The notes under the pieces are model-generated. The model was not told the DNA's origin and did no database searches. It worked only from the letters and a program-made list of their open reading frames with translations. The position numbers and the translations under genes are program-made. From Acidobacteriota bacterium (GTDB taxonomy: Bacteria > Acidobacteriota > CAIWXX01): a stretch of DNA of 64,000 nucleotides. The stretch is taken from positions 160,001 to 224,000 of the forward strand of contig JBFMAF010000055.1 in assembly GCA_040755995.1 (NCBI GenBank), read 5' to 3'. How positions within the stretch are numbered: the stretch's first letter is position 1; each line of letters begins with the position of its first letter. Positions 21,517 through 31,276 of the stretch are shown here, piece after piece.

Positions 21517-23913
21517 ATGCTGCTCTACGTTCTCGTGCTCATCTCGGGCTTCTCCAGCCTGATCTACGAGATCGTCTGGATGAGGGCCTTGTCGCTCATC
21601 TACGGCAACACTGCTTACGCCACCGGAATGATTCTGGCGCTGTTCATGGGCGGGATGGCAGCGGGAGCATTCGCATTCGGCCGATCCGAAGTCGAGAGAC
21701 CGGTCCGGCTGTATGGGGTCTTGGAGGGGATAGTAGGAGTCTGGGGGCTGTGTGGGACCCTGCTTCTCGACCATGTCCAGCAGTGGTACGTCGGGGTGTC
21801 GGGGGTCTACGGGCTCGAGACTGCAGTTCGATCTCTGATGCTCGCCGCTCTGATCCTGCCTCCGACATTCCTCATGGGCGCCAGCCTTCCGCTTCTTCTC
21901 AGGGCCCGGATGGACTTCGAGCGACGCGGGATGATCGGCGGTTTGATATACGGGATCAATACGGTCGGTGGGCTCCTGGGCACCCTGTTCTCCGGCTTCT
22001 GGTCCATCCCGTGGGTCGGCCTGCGCACCACGGTGCTGGTGGCCGTGACGGGCAACGTAGTCGTCTGCGCGGCCGCTCTGGCATATCGCGAGGTTTCTAG
22101 GCCGCGGCAGGCAAGCGCTTCAGGGGGCACGCTGCCGCCAGCCCGGGACCTGCTGCTGGCGTTCTTCTTGTGTGGCGCTTCGTCGCTCTCGCTCGAAGTG
22201 TACTGGACCCGCATCCTGGTGCTGGAGATCGGGAGCTCCGTGTACGCGTACAGCCTGCTGCTCGCCACCTTCCTGCTGGGAGTGGGACTCGGCAGCATCC
22301 TCGGGGGTTTCGTTGCGGATCACATGAGGAGTGGGTTGCGAATGACCCTGGCATGCCTGGAAGTGGGGCTGGCGTTGTCGGTCTTCCTGCAGTACAAGCT
22401 CATCGCCGGGTTCGCGATGAGGACCGGCGCGATCGATGCGTTCTTGTCGCCGCTGGGGCCGTTCGCCGCGCAGAGCCTCGCTCTCCTTCTCAACACCGCT
22501 CAGTTCGTGATCGTCCCAACTGCCATCATGGGAGCGTCGTTTCCGATTCTGCTCAGAGTAGCAGCGGTGCGGCCCGGAGCCGAGCAGAGAGAGGCCGGGA
22601 ACCTGTATCTTGCCAACACGGCGGGAGGCGTTCTCGGCGCTCTGATGTCCAGCTTTCTCGTCCTGCAGTTACTGGGCGCGCATCACGGCATGTACCTTGC
22701 CACCATCTTGAACCTGGCCGCTGCGGTCTGCCTGATGCGAGGACAGCCGGGGAGGAGGGCGCTGTACAGCGCCGTGGCAGTGGCGCTCGTGATCGATGGG
22801 GTGCTCTGGTGGTCCCCGAGCATCCTTCTGCGGAGCTACCTTCTGACTCCTGCGTCCGGCCGGCGGCTGGTCTCGTTTGCCGAGGACGCCAGCGCGACGG
22901 TGACGGTGGAGGAGGTGCAGACTGTGCCTCCGTGGCGCTCCGTCAGCGTGAACGGAGTGAATGTCGCGGGGACGGCTCCCGATCTGCTCGACATCCAGTC
23001 CCTTCAAGGACACCTCCCGCTGCTCCTCGCCGACACTCCACGCACCGTCCTCCACATCGGATTCGGGAGCGGCGGGACGGCGCACGCCGTGTCGACCCAC
23101 GGTGTGACAGAGATCCGAGTTGCCGAGATCTCACCCGCGGTGGTGGGCCAGGCAAGCAGGTTCTTCCGAGACGTGAACCGCGGTGTCTTCGACGACCCTC
23201 GCCTTTCCTTCTGGTACGGAGACGGGCGCAACTATCTTCTGAGATCGAACGAGACCTTCGACGTGATTCTGTCAGATTCCATCCATCCTCGCTACAGCGG
23301 GAATGGAAGCCTGTACACCGAGGAGTACTATGAGCTGTGCCGGTCGCGCCTCGCCGAGGGTGGCGTGGTGTCCCAGTGGCTGCCCCTCTACACTCTGACC
23401 CCGAACAACTTCAAGATGATCCTGCGGGCGTTCGTCGACGTCTTTCCGTCCACGACAGTGTGGTACGTACATTCCACGGTCAATCCCTTCACAGTAGTCA
23501 TAGGGAAGAAGCGACGCGGACCTCCGATTCAGCTGCACAACCTCATCCTGGCCCTTCGTCGCCCCGCCGTGAGCAAAAACCTCGCCGAACGTGGTCACGC
23601 CGACCCGATCAGAATCCTCAGCTACTTCGTCGCCGGTGGCCCGAGGCTGGCGTCTCTGCTCTCAACCGTACCACCCCACCGGGATGATCGCCCGCTGGTG
23701 GAGTACGAGTCGGGGCGGCTGGTCGGGAGGGAGACGTGGTACGACAACTTCGAGTTCCTGCGCACCGCTCTGGGACCGGTCACGGAGTCCATCGACTGGA
23801 CCGGAATCGGCGGGCGGGACGCAGCCGAAATCGCCCTGGAGATCGACTCACATCGCGTGCGAGCAATCCTGGAAGACCAGAGCAAGCTCCTCCGGGGCCG
23901 AGCCTACTATTAG
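21517..23913 (+). CDS. Fused MFS-like membrane domain / spermidine-synthase-like SAM-dependent transferase
   Basis: Duplicated TM module SGFSSLIYEIVW and GASSLSLEVYW; VLHIGFGSGGT, GDGRNYL, DVILSDS, LYTEEYY. Confidence 0.85.
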   Translation: MLLYVLVLISGFSSLIYEIVWMRALSLIYGNTAYATGMILALFMGGMAAGAFAFGRSEVERPVRLYGVLEGIVGVWGLCGTLLLDHVQQWYVGVSGVYGLETAVRSLMLAALILPPTFLMGASLPLLLRARMDFERRGMIGGLIYGINTVGGLLGTLFSGFWSIPWVGLRTTVLVAVTGNVVVCAAALAYREVSRPRQASASGGTLPPARDLLLAFFLCGASSLSLEVYWTRILVLEIGSSVYAYSLLLATFLLGVGLGSILGGFVADHMRSGLRMTLACLEVGLALSVFLQYKLIAGFAMRTGAIDAFLSPLGPFAAQSLALLLNTAQFVIVPTAIMGASFPILLRVAAVRPGAEQREAGNLYLANTAGGVLGALMSSFLVLQLLGAHHGMYLATILNLAAAVCLMRGQPGRRALYSAVAVALVIDGVLWWSPSILLRSYLLTPASGRRLVSFAEDASATVTVEEVQTVPPWRSVSVNGVNVAGTAPDLLDIQSLQGHLPLLLADTPRTVLHIGFGSGGTAHAVSTHGVTEIRVAEISPAVVGQASRFFRDVNRGVFDDPRLSFWYGDGRNYLLRSNETFDVILSDSIHPRYSGNGSLYTEEYYELCRSRLAEGGVVSQWLPLYTLTPNNFKMILRAFVDVFPSTTVWYVHSTVNPFTVVIGKKRRGPPIQLHNLILALRRPAVSKNLAERGHADPIRILSYFVAGGPRLASLLSTVPPHRDDRPLVEYESGRLVGRETWYDNFEFLRTALGPVTESIDWTGIGGRDAAEIALEIDSHRVRAILEDQSKLLRGRAYY

Positions 23914-23977
23914 CAAGGCGCGGCATCGGACGGACAAAGCATGCGAGGCCGCTCTGGCCGCGCGTCTCGTCCCCCCC

Positions 23978-24010
23978 AAAAAAAAGCAGCCCACGTTGCC
24001 GTGGGCTGCT
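23978..24010 (-). terminator. Rho-independent terminator of the pilin gene
   Basis: Minus strand GCAGCCCAC-loop-GTGGGCTGC followed by T8, 20 nt after the pilin stop. Confidence 0.85.
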
Positions 24011-24030
24011 GCGAAGCGCGAGAAACTGCT

Positions 24031-24498
24031 CTACTTCTGTGCAGGCGACCAGGAGAACTGGCCGTCCGAGAAGTAGATGTCGTAGTAGAACGATTTGTTG
24101 TCGTACTCGCCGGTGGCTGCACCACTAGTGGTCCTGTCACGGCCGAAGCTGTAGAGAGAATAGGAGAAACCGCCGGTGCCGAATGCGCCAGACTGCAGGT
24201 AGTTCAGGTCCGTCCGCCAGCCATCAAGGGTCGGGATTACCTTGATGTAGAAGGGCACGAAAAACACCTTGTTCAGAGCAGTGTTCACCGTGCCGGTAGT
24301 GCCTGGGCAACTCGCTTCGTCGACGATGTACTCTTCAATCGCCGTCCCGATGTTACGGATGTCGCCAGAAGTCCTCTTCTGCTTGCCGCGCTGAATGGCC
24401 GTGATCAAGTTCGGAATCGCGATCGCTGCGATGATTCCGATGATCGCTACGACGATCAGCAACTCAACGAGCGTGAACCCCTTTTGCCTTTTCGCCAT
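24031..24498 (-). CDS. Type IV pilin / GspG-like prepilin
   Basis: Class III signal MAKRQKG|FTLVELLIVVAIIGIIAAIAIP; RBS GGAGGT. Confidence 0.92.
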   Translation of the reverse strand: MAKRQKGFTLVELLIVVAIIGIIAAIAIPNLITAIQRGKQKRTSGDIRNIGTAIEEYIVDEASCPGTTGTVNTALNKVFFVPFYIKVIPTLDGWRTDLNYLQSGAFGTGGFSYSLYSFGRDRTTSGAATGEYDNKSFYYDIYFSDGQFSWSPAQK

Positions 24499-24537
24499 GC
24501 TTTCACCTCCATTTGTTTGATGGCACACATCCTTCCT

Positions 24538-24553
24538 TGCAAGACCAGTGCCA
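24538..24553 (-). promoter_or_regulatory. Sigma-54 (RpoN) -24/-12 promoter of the pilin gene
   Basis: Minus strand TGGCAC-TGGTC-TTGCA, full consensus, about 40 nt upstream of the ATG. Confidence 0.88.
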
Positions 24554-24798
24554 GGTAACTCCACGTGGTCAAGCCCTCCAAGGTCTGGAAATCAAAGCGT
24601 TTCCATCATGGCCTGCCTGGACGGAGAGACAAAAATTGTCACCTATTCGGCCAAGATTTGTACCTGAACACAGGCCCGGCGTTCGGCAGCGTAGCCATTC
24701 CCGATACCGCTCCCAGTCGGTGGCGAGTACGGGGATGGACCTCCAGCCTCGGGGGTACGATAAAACCGCGTGGGTCTGAGGCGTAACCTCGCTGGCCT

Positions 24799-24826
24799 CC
24801 GAGTCGGAGTCGGAGTCGGAGTCGGA
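24799..24826. repeat. Short tandem hexamer repeat (GAGTCG)n
   Basis: gagtcggagtcggagtcggagtcgga in the pilin-GT2 intergenic region. Confidence 0.6.
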
Positions 24827-24935
24827 TGGCATACTTGGACAGCGGCACTGAGAGTATGATAGACGTTACGCATGCGGGCACGAGTGGAACCAGAGGTTCG
24901 CCAGCCAGGTCCACGCGATCTCGCGAGGCCCGACG

Positions 24936-25922
24936 ATGAGTAAGCCGCTGATCACGATCGTGGTCCCTTGCTACAATGAGAGACATGTGTTTCCTCTCCT
25001 GCGCGAGGCCCTGTTGGAGCTGGCTCAGGGCCTGTCCCCGCGCTACGATGTGGAGTTCCTGATAGTCGATGACGGCAGCGACGATGGAAGCTGGGAGCAG
25101 ATCCTGGCCTTCGCCGGTGAAGATCAGAGGGTGAAAGCGATCTCACTGACACGCAACTTCGGGCACCAGGCGGCGTTGACCTGCGGCTACGATTTCGCGC
25201 AGGGGGATGCAGTGGTTACCATGGATGCGGACCTTCAGGATCCCCCCGAGGTGGTGCACGACTTGGTACGGGAGTGGGAGAAGGGCTACGACGTCGTGTA
25301 CGCCGTGCGCGTGCGGCGAGAAGGGGAGAGCAGGTTCAAGTGCTGGACTGCATCCGTTTTCTACAGGATGATCAGGGTGCTCGGACAGACTGGCGCGCCC
25401 CCCGACTCGGGTGACTTCCGCCTGATGAGCAAGAGAAGCGTGGCTGCATTCAGAACACTTCGAGAGAGGCACCGCTACATCAGAGGCCTCGTCGGCTGGC
25501 TCGGCTTCCGTGCTTCCATCGTGAAGTATCAGAGGAAGCCCAGACCCGCTGGTATGACAAAGTACACTTTGTCACGCATGATCCAGTTTGCGGTGGATGC
25601 CATCGTTTCGTCAAGCACCGTCCCCCTCAGGCTCGCCTATTTCCTGGCGCTTTTCTCCGCCCTGCCGTTCCTCGCGTACCTCTGCTACGCCGTCTTCATG
25701 CGCCTGTTTTTCAATGTGCCGTTGGTTCCCGGCTGGAGCAGTCTCATCCTGTCTGTCATCATCCTGGGCGCCATAATACTCTTTTCTATGGGCATCATGG
25801 GAGAATACGTCGGTCGAATCTACGAACAGTCCAAGAACCGGCCTCTGTATCTTGTCCGCTCCAACGAGGAGCCCTCACATGGGGAATCCGCCGAGAGTGG
25901 AGAACCAGCGCCCCGAGTTTGA
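24936..25922 (+). CDS. GT2 polyprenol-phosphate glycosyltransferase (GtrB/ArnC/DPM1-like)
   Basis: VVPCYNE, VDDGSDD, RNFGHQAA, MDADLQDPPE, GDFRLM, GEYVGRIYEQSKNRPLY; two C-terminal TMs. Confidence 0.93.
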   Translation: MSKPLITIVVPCYNERHVFPLLREALLELAQGLSPRYDVEFLIVDDGSDDGSWEQILAFAGEDQRVKAISLTRNFGHQAALTCGYDFAQGDAVVTMDADLQDPPEVVHDLVREWEKGYDVVYAVRVRREGESRFKCWTASVFYRMIRVLGQTGAPPDSGDFRLMSKRSVAAFRTLRERHRYIRGLVGWLGFRASIVKYQRKPRPAGMTKYTLSRMIQFAVDAIVSSSTVPLRLAYFLALFSALPFLAYLCYAVFMRLFFNVPLVPGWSSLILSVIILGAIILFSMGIMGEYVGRIYEQSKNRPLYLVRSNEEPSHGESAESGEPAPRV

Positions 25923-26628
25923 TGCCTTCGCCGAGGGTTACTCGGCCGGCATGGAAAACCCTGTCAAGCGGCTGGCCGGAAAAGGGACCGAGCAGTTCAT
26001 GGACGTGAAGACAAGATGGTTGTCTCGGTACCTCAGGAAGTGCCCCGTGGACTCCACCATCGAGGACGACACGAGGTTGTTGGATTACGGTTGCGGCACT
26101 GGAGAGCTGCTTGCCAGTCTGCAGAGGCGCGGCTTTCGAGGTCACCTCGAAGGGTGCGATATTTCCGGAGAGATGCTGAAGGAAGCCGCCAGGCGGCTCG
26201 GCGCGAGCTCGAAGATCGTGCTCCACCATGTCGCTCGCGGGAGCCCCGGCGTTCCGTCCGACTCGTTCGATCTGGTGACCATGTGCGCGGTTCTACATCA
26301 TCTGCCGCACTCCGATGAGGATGCTGCGATACAGGACATCGCAAGGGTGCTCAGGCCGGGCGGCAGAGCCGTCATATTTGAGCACAACCCATGGAATCCA
26401 GTCACGCGTTGGGTTGTCAGCCGGACGCCGATCGATCGCAACGCCGTGCTGCGCACGGCTGGAGACGTGCAGAGGCTGCTGCGTTCATCCGGCCTCACCT
26501 GCGTTCGCCTCGACTACCTGCTTTTCTTCCCTCCGCGACTGCCGTGGTTGGCACCGCTCGAGCGTCTTCTACGCCGGGTTCCACTCGGGGGGCAGTACGT
26601 GCTCGTCGGCAAGAAGCCGATGGCATAG
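25879..26628 (+). CDS. Class I SAM-dependent methyltransferase
   Basis: LLDYGCGTG, DISGEML, VLHHL, VLRPGG, FEHNPWNP. Confidence 0.9.
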   Translation: MGNPPRVENQRPEFDAFAEGYSAGMENPVKRLAGKGTEQFMDVKTRWLSRYLRKCPVDSTIEDDTRLLDYGCGTGELLASLQRRGFRGHLEGCDISGEMLKEAARRLGASSKIVLHHVARGSPGVPSDSFDLVTMCAVLHHLPHSDEDAAIQDIARVLRPGGRAVIFEHNPWNPVTRWVVSRTPIDRNAVLRTAGDVQRLLRSSGLTCVRLDYLLFFPPRLPWLAPLERLLRRVPLGGQYVLVGKKPMA

Positions 26629-27010
26629 ATCGATCCGGGCGGATCGGTCACACCGCGCCCCGCGTTCGATTTCGCGCCCAGTCCGCTGCGAACTGCGAAT
26701 GGCGGGCAACGATGGTAGCGCGTGGTCCGAGCTTGAAGCAGCAAAGTGCACCTGCCGCCACAGATACGGCGAGCACAGCTGCAGCCACCAGGGTTCGCGA
26801 GGATTTCAGGCCACCGATCACTGTGTACAGCATCACAAGGCCAAACCGGGGTGAACCTCCGAATCGCTTCGTCGGGCCGGATTGAATGATACCCCGCAGG
26901 GCGTCTCAACCCCTGCCTGTCCTGCGAATCACCGTATCCCCGGCTGAAGCACACTGGCGCCCAGCACGGACTTCGTGAGATGATGCGCGCTGCGAAAGGA
27001 GCATAGGGAC

Positions 27011-28165
27011 ATGCACGGACTCACGAAGGAGAACCTGGAGTATCGCGCCAGGGCGCGCGAGATTGCCGAGAAGGTCGCGCGCCCAATCGCCGCAGAGCTG
27101 GATCGCACCGGCGAGTATCCCTGGGCGTTGATCAAGGCTCTGCACGAGCAGGGACTGATGGGAGTCTGGATACCCAGAGAGTACGGCGGCGCCGGAGCCG
27201 GCGTGCTGAACCTCTGCCTGATAGTTGAAGAAATCAGTCGCGCGTGCGGCGGCATGGGCGTGACGTACGCCGTCAACGCTCTGGGCTCGTTCCCGATCAT
27301 CCTCGGCGGGACCGAAGAGCAGAAGAAGAAATACCTTCCGGATATCGCCGGCGGAAAAAGCCTCATCGCATTCGGGTTGTCGGAAAAGCTCGCGGGCTCG
27401 GACGCGGGCAGCCTCAAGGCCCGGGCCGTCAAGGGCAGCGGCTCCTACGCGCTCACCGGCGAGAAGAAGTGGAACACGAACGCCAACGCCGCCTCGATAT
27501 ACACCGTCTTTGCATCCACCAACCCCGACCGCGGCACGCGAGGAATAAGCGCATTCATCGTGGAGAAGGGGACGCCCGGATTCGAGATCGGCAAGCGCGA
27601 GGACCTGATGGGCATCCGGTGCGTCCCGGTCCATGAGCTGCACTTCAAGGAGTGCCGCGTTCCCGAAGCGAATCTGCTTGGAGGCAAGGAGGGCGTGGGC
27701 TTCGCGCACGCGATGATGACGCTGGACCGGGCACGGCCGGGCGTGGCCGCGCAAGCCGTGGGACTTGCGCAGGGCGCTCTCGAGCTCGCCTTGAAGTACA
27801 CGAAGGAACGCGAGCAGTTCGGGCAGTCGGTCGCCTCGTTCCAGGCGATCCAATTCACGCTGGCAGACATGGCCACACAGGTCGAAGCCGCGCGGCAGAT
27901 CGTGTACGCCGCAGCCAGAGCGATCGATTCCGGGGCGAGCGGCGTCGGCAGGCTCGCCGCCATGGCGAAGGTTTTCGCCACGGACACCGCGATGCGCGTC
28001 ACCACCGAGGCCGTGCAGCTCTTCGGCGGCTACGGGTACTGCCGAGACTACCCGATCGAGAAATACATGCGCGATGCCAAGATCACGCAGATCTACGAGG
28101 GAACGAACCAGATACAGCGAGTCGTGATAGGGCGGAGCCTGATCAAAGAAGGAGTCCTGACCTAG
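27011..28165 (+). CDS. Acyl-CoA dehydrogenase
   Basis: FGLSEKLAGSDA, REQFGQ, QLFGGYGY, MRDAKITQIYEGTNQIQR. Confidence 0.96.
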   Translation: MHGLTKENLEYRARAREIAEKVARPIAAELDRTGEYPWALIKALHEQGLMGVWIPREYGGAGAGVLNLCLIVEEISRACGGMGVTYAVNALGSFPIILGGTEEQKKKYLPDIAGGKSLIAFGLSEKLAGSDAGSLKARAVKGSGSYALTGEKKWNTNANAASIYTVFASTNPDRGTRGISAFIVEKGTPGFEIGKREDLMGIRCVPVHELHFKECRVPEANLLGGKEGVGFAHAMMTLDRARPGVAAQAVGLAQGALELALKYTKEREQFGQSVASFQAIQFTLADMATQVEAARQIVYAAARAIDSGASGVGRLAAMAKVFATDTAMRVTTEAVQLFGGYGYCRDYPIEKYMRDAKITQIYEGTNQIQRVVIGRSLIKEGVLT

Positions 28166-28183
28166 ACGGCTCGAGGCGATATC

Positions 28184-28813
28184 TCAGTCGAGCAACCCGA
28201 CGCTGCGCGGCGGCCAGTATCGGAAGAACGCCTTGCCGTAGATGTATTTCTGAGGCACCTGCCAGCCAGCCCGGCTGTCGTTGGAGCCGTTCCGGTGATC
28301 TCCCAGCACCCAATAGTGTCCCATCTGAACTCGCACCGGGCTCAAGGTCTCGTGCTCGCGATACCGCCGCGGCACGTAGAGGTCGCGGAACTTCTCCCCA
28401 TTCACGTACACATATCCGTCATCGACCTCTACGGTGTCGCCGGGAAGTCCGATCACCCGTTTGATGAATGACTTGCTCGGATCCAGCGGGTAGTAGAAGA
28501 CCACGATGTCTCCTCGCTGGATGTTGCTCACGCGGTATACGAACAGGTTGACGATGATGCGCTGGCCTGACTCCAACGTCGGCAGCATGCTGGTCCCTTC
28601 GACCGTGAAAGGGCGCGCCACGTAGAGCAGTATCAGAACGCAGAGCGCCGCTGCGACTCCTACGTCCTTCGCAAGGAGCGAGATCTCGTGCCGCAGGCGC
28701 GTCCACCGGCTGACATGCGGCTGCTGGGCTTCTTCCACGCCCTGCGGCCGTGCGACTGCAGCCGATTCCTGCGGCTCGATTCCCTCGCCCAACCTCTGAA
28801 GCCCTCTCCCCAA
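28184..28813 (-). CDS. lepB: Signal peptidase I
   Basis: GTSMLPTL (Ser), FIKRVIGLPGD (Lys), GDHRNGSNDSR; start uncertain. Confidence 0.93.
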   Translation of the reverse strand: MGRGLQRLGEGIEPQESAAVARPQGVEEAQQPHVSRWTRLRHEISLLAKDVGVAAALCVLILLYVARPFTVEGTSMLPTLESGQRIIVNLFVYRVSNIQRGDIVVFYYPLDPSKSFIKRVIGLPGDTVEVDDGYVYVNGEKFRDLYVPRRYREHETLSPVRVQMGHYWVLGDHRNGSNDSRAGWQVPQKYIYGKAFFRYWPPRSVGLLD

Positions 28814-28814
28814 C

Positions 28815-31223
28815 TTACCTGAACGTGAACTTGTACGGGAAGAATATCCTCACAGGCTTGCCGTTTCGAACCGCCGGCTTGTACCTCCACTTCAGCACAG
28901 CATCGGCCACAGCCTTGTCGAGCACAGCGCCGCCGGATTCCTGGATGTCGACCCTGTCGACGACACCGGATTCGTTCACGAAGATCTTCACCAGGACCGA
29001 CCCGGAGAGCTCCTTGGGAGCGCCTTTCGGCTTGGAAGGCTGATCTCCTGTAAGGAGTTTCCGATCGAACTTGATGTCGGGCGAAAGGGGGAACGGACCC
29101 TTGTCGTCGGCCGCCGTGGGCTTGGCCGGAATCACCGGTTTGGGCGGCGGCGGCACAGGCTCCAGCTTGCCAGCCACATCTGTCTGCTTGCCCGATCTCA
29201 CGGCAGGTTGCCCGACCCACTTGATGTACCCCTGCTTGGACAGTTCCAGCACATGCTTGCCGGGACGCAGCTTGTTGATGACCTTGGGAGTCACACCGGC
29301 GTTCTTTCCGTCGAGCATGATCGTGGCACCCGCAGGATCGGAAGTGACCTTAAGCGCCCCCACTGTCTCGGCCTGGGTTTGCTCCCGCAATGCAAACTGC
29401 ATCACCTGGTTCTGACCCGCCCCGATCGCGAAGTCCCTGGTCTCCTCGGCGAGGTCATACCCTTTCAGTTCGAAGCGCAAGTTGTAGGTGCCGAATGGAA
29501 GAGAGCTGAGCGTCAGCGGCGTGGCTCCGCGCATCTCACCGTTCACGAAAACGGACGCGCCCTCGGGTGTCGTATGCAGCTCCAATGTCCCCACGGCCGG
29601 CTGAACCGGTGTCGCCGGTTGAGGCTGCACCTGAGCCGGTTGAGTCTGCGGAGGAGGCGCCGGCTGGGGAGCCGGTGAGGGCTGCTGTCTGCTGAAGACC
29701 CAGTAGCCGAGCACACCCACTCCGACCAGGAGCACCAGGACCACGGCCAGGACGAACAGCCGCGAGTAGCTGGCGGGCCGGCGCTCAGGGGCTGCGGGCG
29801 GCTGGATGACAGCCGGCGGCACCTGATCTGCTGTCGGCATCAGGTCCACGGCGACCGTGGGCATTTCCTGTGGCTGCTCGGCCCGAGCGACCTGGCGCTC
29901 GGCCGGCCCGGCCGCAGGCCCCATCGGCGGGATCTGCTGTATCTCGGGCGTCGGCACTCTCACAGGTGGTTGCACCACTGTCGGAATGTCAACGTGCTCC
30001 TGCGCCATCGTCGGCACATCCAGGGCGACGGTTGCCTGGACCTCTTCTCCCGCCCCCAGAGGCCGTTCGCCGGTGTCGGCAGCGGGGCTGCCAATGGCGA
30101 TCGTCGCCTGAACCCGCGGTGCCGTGTCGTTGCTGACCTGCTGTTGCGGCGTCTCTGATGGGCCGATCTGTTTCTGCAATTGCGAAGTGATGACGTCCGG
30201 CGGCTCCTCGCGAGGCAGCAGGACGGTGGCGCCGGGAGGCGGGGGAGGTGGAGGCGGAGCGGGCGGGAGAGACGGTGGAGTAGGAGCAGCCTTGGGCGGC
30301 TTCACCAATGTCCGTTCCGCCGTCGCCAGACCCACACCCCGCTTTGGCTCGAGCGCCGCCTGCATGAAGCTCTCGAACGACTGGGTCGTCTCCCGCTGGC
30401 AATCCCAGAGCGCCCGCACGAAGTCCTCGCCCTTCTGGAACCGCTTCTCACGATCCTTGGACAGGGCCTTCTGGAAAACAGATGTCCAACGTTCAGGCAG
30501 CAACCCGAGGTCGTCAAGGTTCTCCACCGATGCGGGGTCGGCATGAACGATCTTGTACAATATCGCAGTGACGGTATCCCCCGGGAACGGCCGCTTGCCC
30601 GTGAGCAGCTCGAACGCCATCGTGGCGAGGGAGAACAGGTCGCTGCGCCCGTCCACAGTCTCACCGAGTGATTGCTCGGGCGACATGTAGCTGGGCGTCC
30701 CGAGGAGGACTCCGGGCTTGGTCAGATCCGCGTCACCGAACTTGCCGATCCCGAAATCCATCACCTTGATGCGATTGTTGTTGTGGACCAGAACGTTGCT
30801 CGGCTTTATGTCCCTGTGAACCACGCCTTTGGAATGCGCATAGTCCAGGGCACTGGCGATCTGGGCCACCATCACGATCACGTCCTGGTGCCTGAATTCC
30901 GTGGCATCTTCGATCAGCTTTGACAGAGGCACGCCGGCGATGTACTCGAAGGCGAGGAACGGCATGCCGGACTCCTCGCCGATATCGTAGATCGTGATGA
31001 TGTTGGGGTGCGACAGCGTCCCCGCGATGCGGGCCTCATTATAGAAGCGCTCCAGGAAACTCTGGTACTGCTCAGTCCCAATCTCCACATCCACGCGGAT
31101 GGTCTTTATGGCCAGGTGCCGCTTGATCAGCGGGTCGAAGGCCTTGAAGACGGCTCCCATTGCACCCAGACCGATCTTCTCTACGATCTGGTAGCGTCCG
31201 ATTCGTTCTGGCAGCTTCTCCAT
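28815..31223 (-). CDS. Hanks-type Ser/Thr kinase with TM helix, two PEGA domains and C-terminal TonB_C domain
   Basis: GLGAMG, AIK, HRDIKPSN, DFG, YMSPE; Pro-rich linker; TM; TTPEGASVFVNG and SDPAGATIMLDG (PEGA); LDKAVADAVLKWRYKPAVRNGKPV (TonB_C). Confidence 0.92.
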   Translation of the reverse strand: MEKLPERIGRYQIVEKIGLGAMGAVFKAFDPLIKRHLAIKTIRVDVEIGTEQYQSFLERFYNEARIAGTLSHPNIITIYDIGEESGMPFLAFEYIAGVPLSKLIEDATEFRHQDVIVMVAQIASALDYAHSKGVVHRDIKPSNVLVHNNNRIKVMDFGIGKFGDADLTKPGVLLGTPSYMSPEQSLGETVDGRSDLFSLATMAFELLTGKRPFPGDTVTAILYKIVHADPASVENLDDLGLLPERWTSVFQKALSKDREKRFQKGEDFVRALWDCQRETTQSFESFMQAALEPKRGVGLATAERTLVKPPKAAPTPPSLPPAPPPPPPPPGATVLLPREEPPDVITSQLQKQIGPSETPQQQVSNDTAPRVQATIAIGSPAADTGERPLGAGEEVQATVALDVPTMAQEHVDIPTVVQPPVRVPTPEIQQIPPMGPAAGPAERQVARAEQPQEMPTVAVDLMPTADQVPPAVIQPPAAPERRPASYSRLFVLAVVLVLLVGVGVLGYWVFSRQQPSPAPQPAPPPQTQPAQVQPQPATPVQPAVGTLELHTTPEGASVFVNGEMRGATPLTLSSLPFGTYNLRFELKGYDLAEETRDFAIGAGQNQVMQFALREQTQAETVGALKVTSDPAGATIMLDGKNAGVTPKVINKLRPGKHVLELSKQGYIKWVGQPAVRSGKQTDVAGKLEPVPPPPKPVIPAKPTAADDKGPFPLSPDIKFDRKLLTGDQPSKPKGAPKELSGSVLVKIFVNESGVVDRVDIQESGGAVLDKAVADAVLKWRYKPAVRNGKPVRIFFPYKFTFR

Positions 31224-31245
31224 AGGAATGTCAGTAAACCACATC

Positions 31246-31274
31246 ATCGTAGCCAACGAGGTACGCGAAGTCAA
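31246..31274 (-). promoter_or_regulatory. Candidate sigma-70 promoter of the kinase-lepB operon
   Basis: TTGACT-17 bp-TACGAT on the minus strand. Confidence 0.6.
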
Positions 31275-31276
31275 GG

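Noticed and set aside
24031..24498. Conductive e-pilin hypothesis
   Set aside because: Aromatic content is high, but there is an aromatic-free stretch of nearly 50 residues after F1, unlike proposed e-pilins
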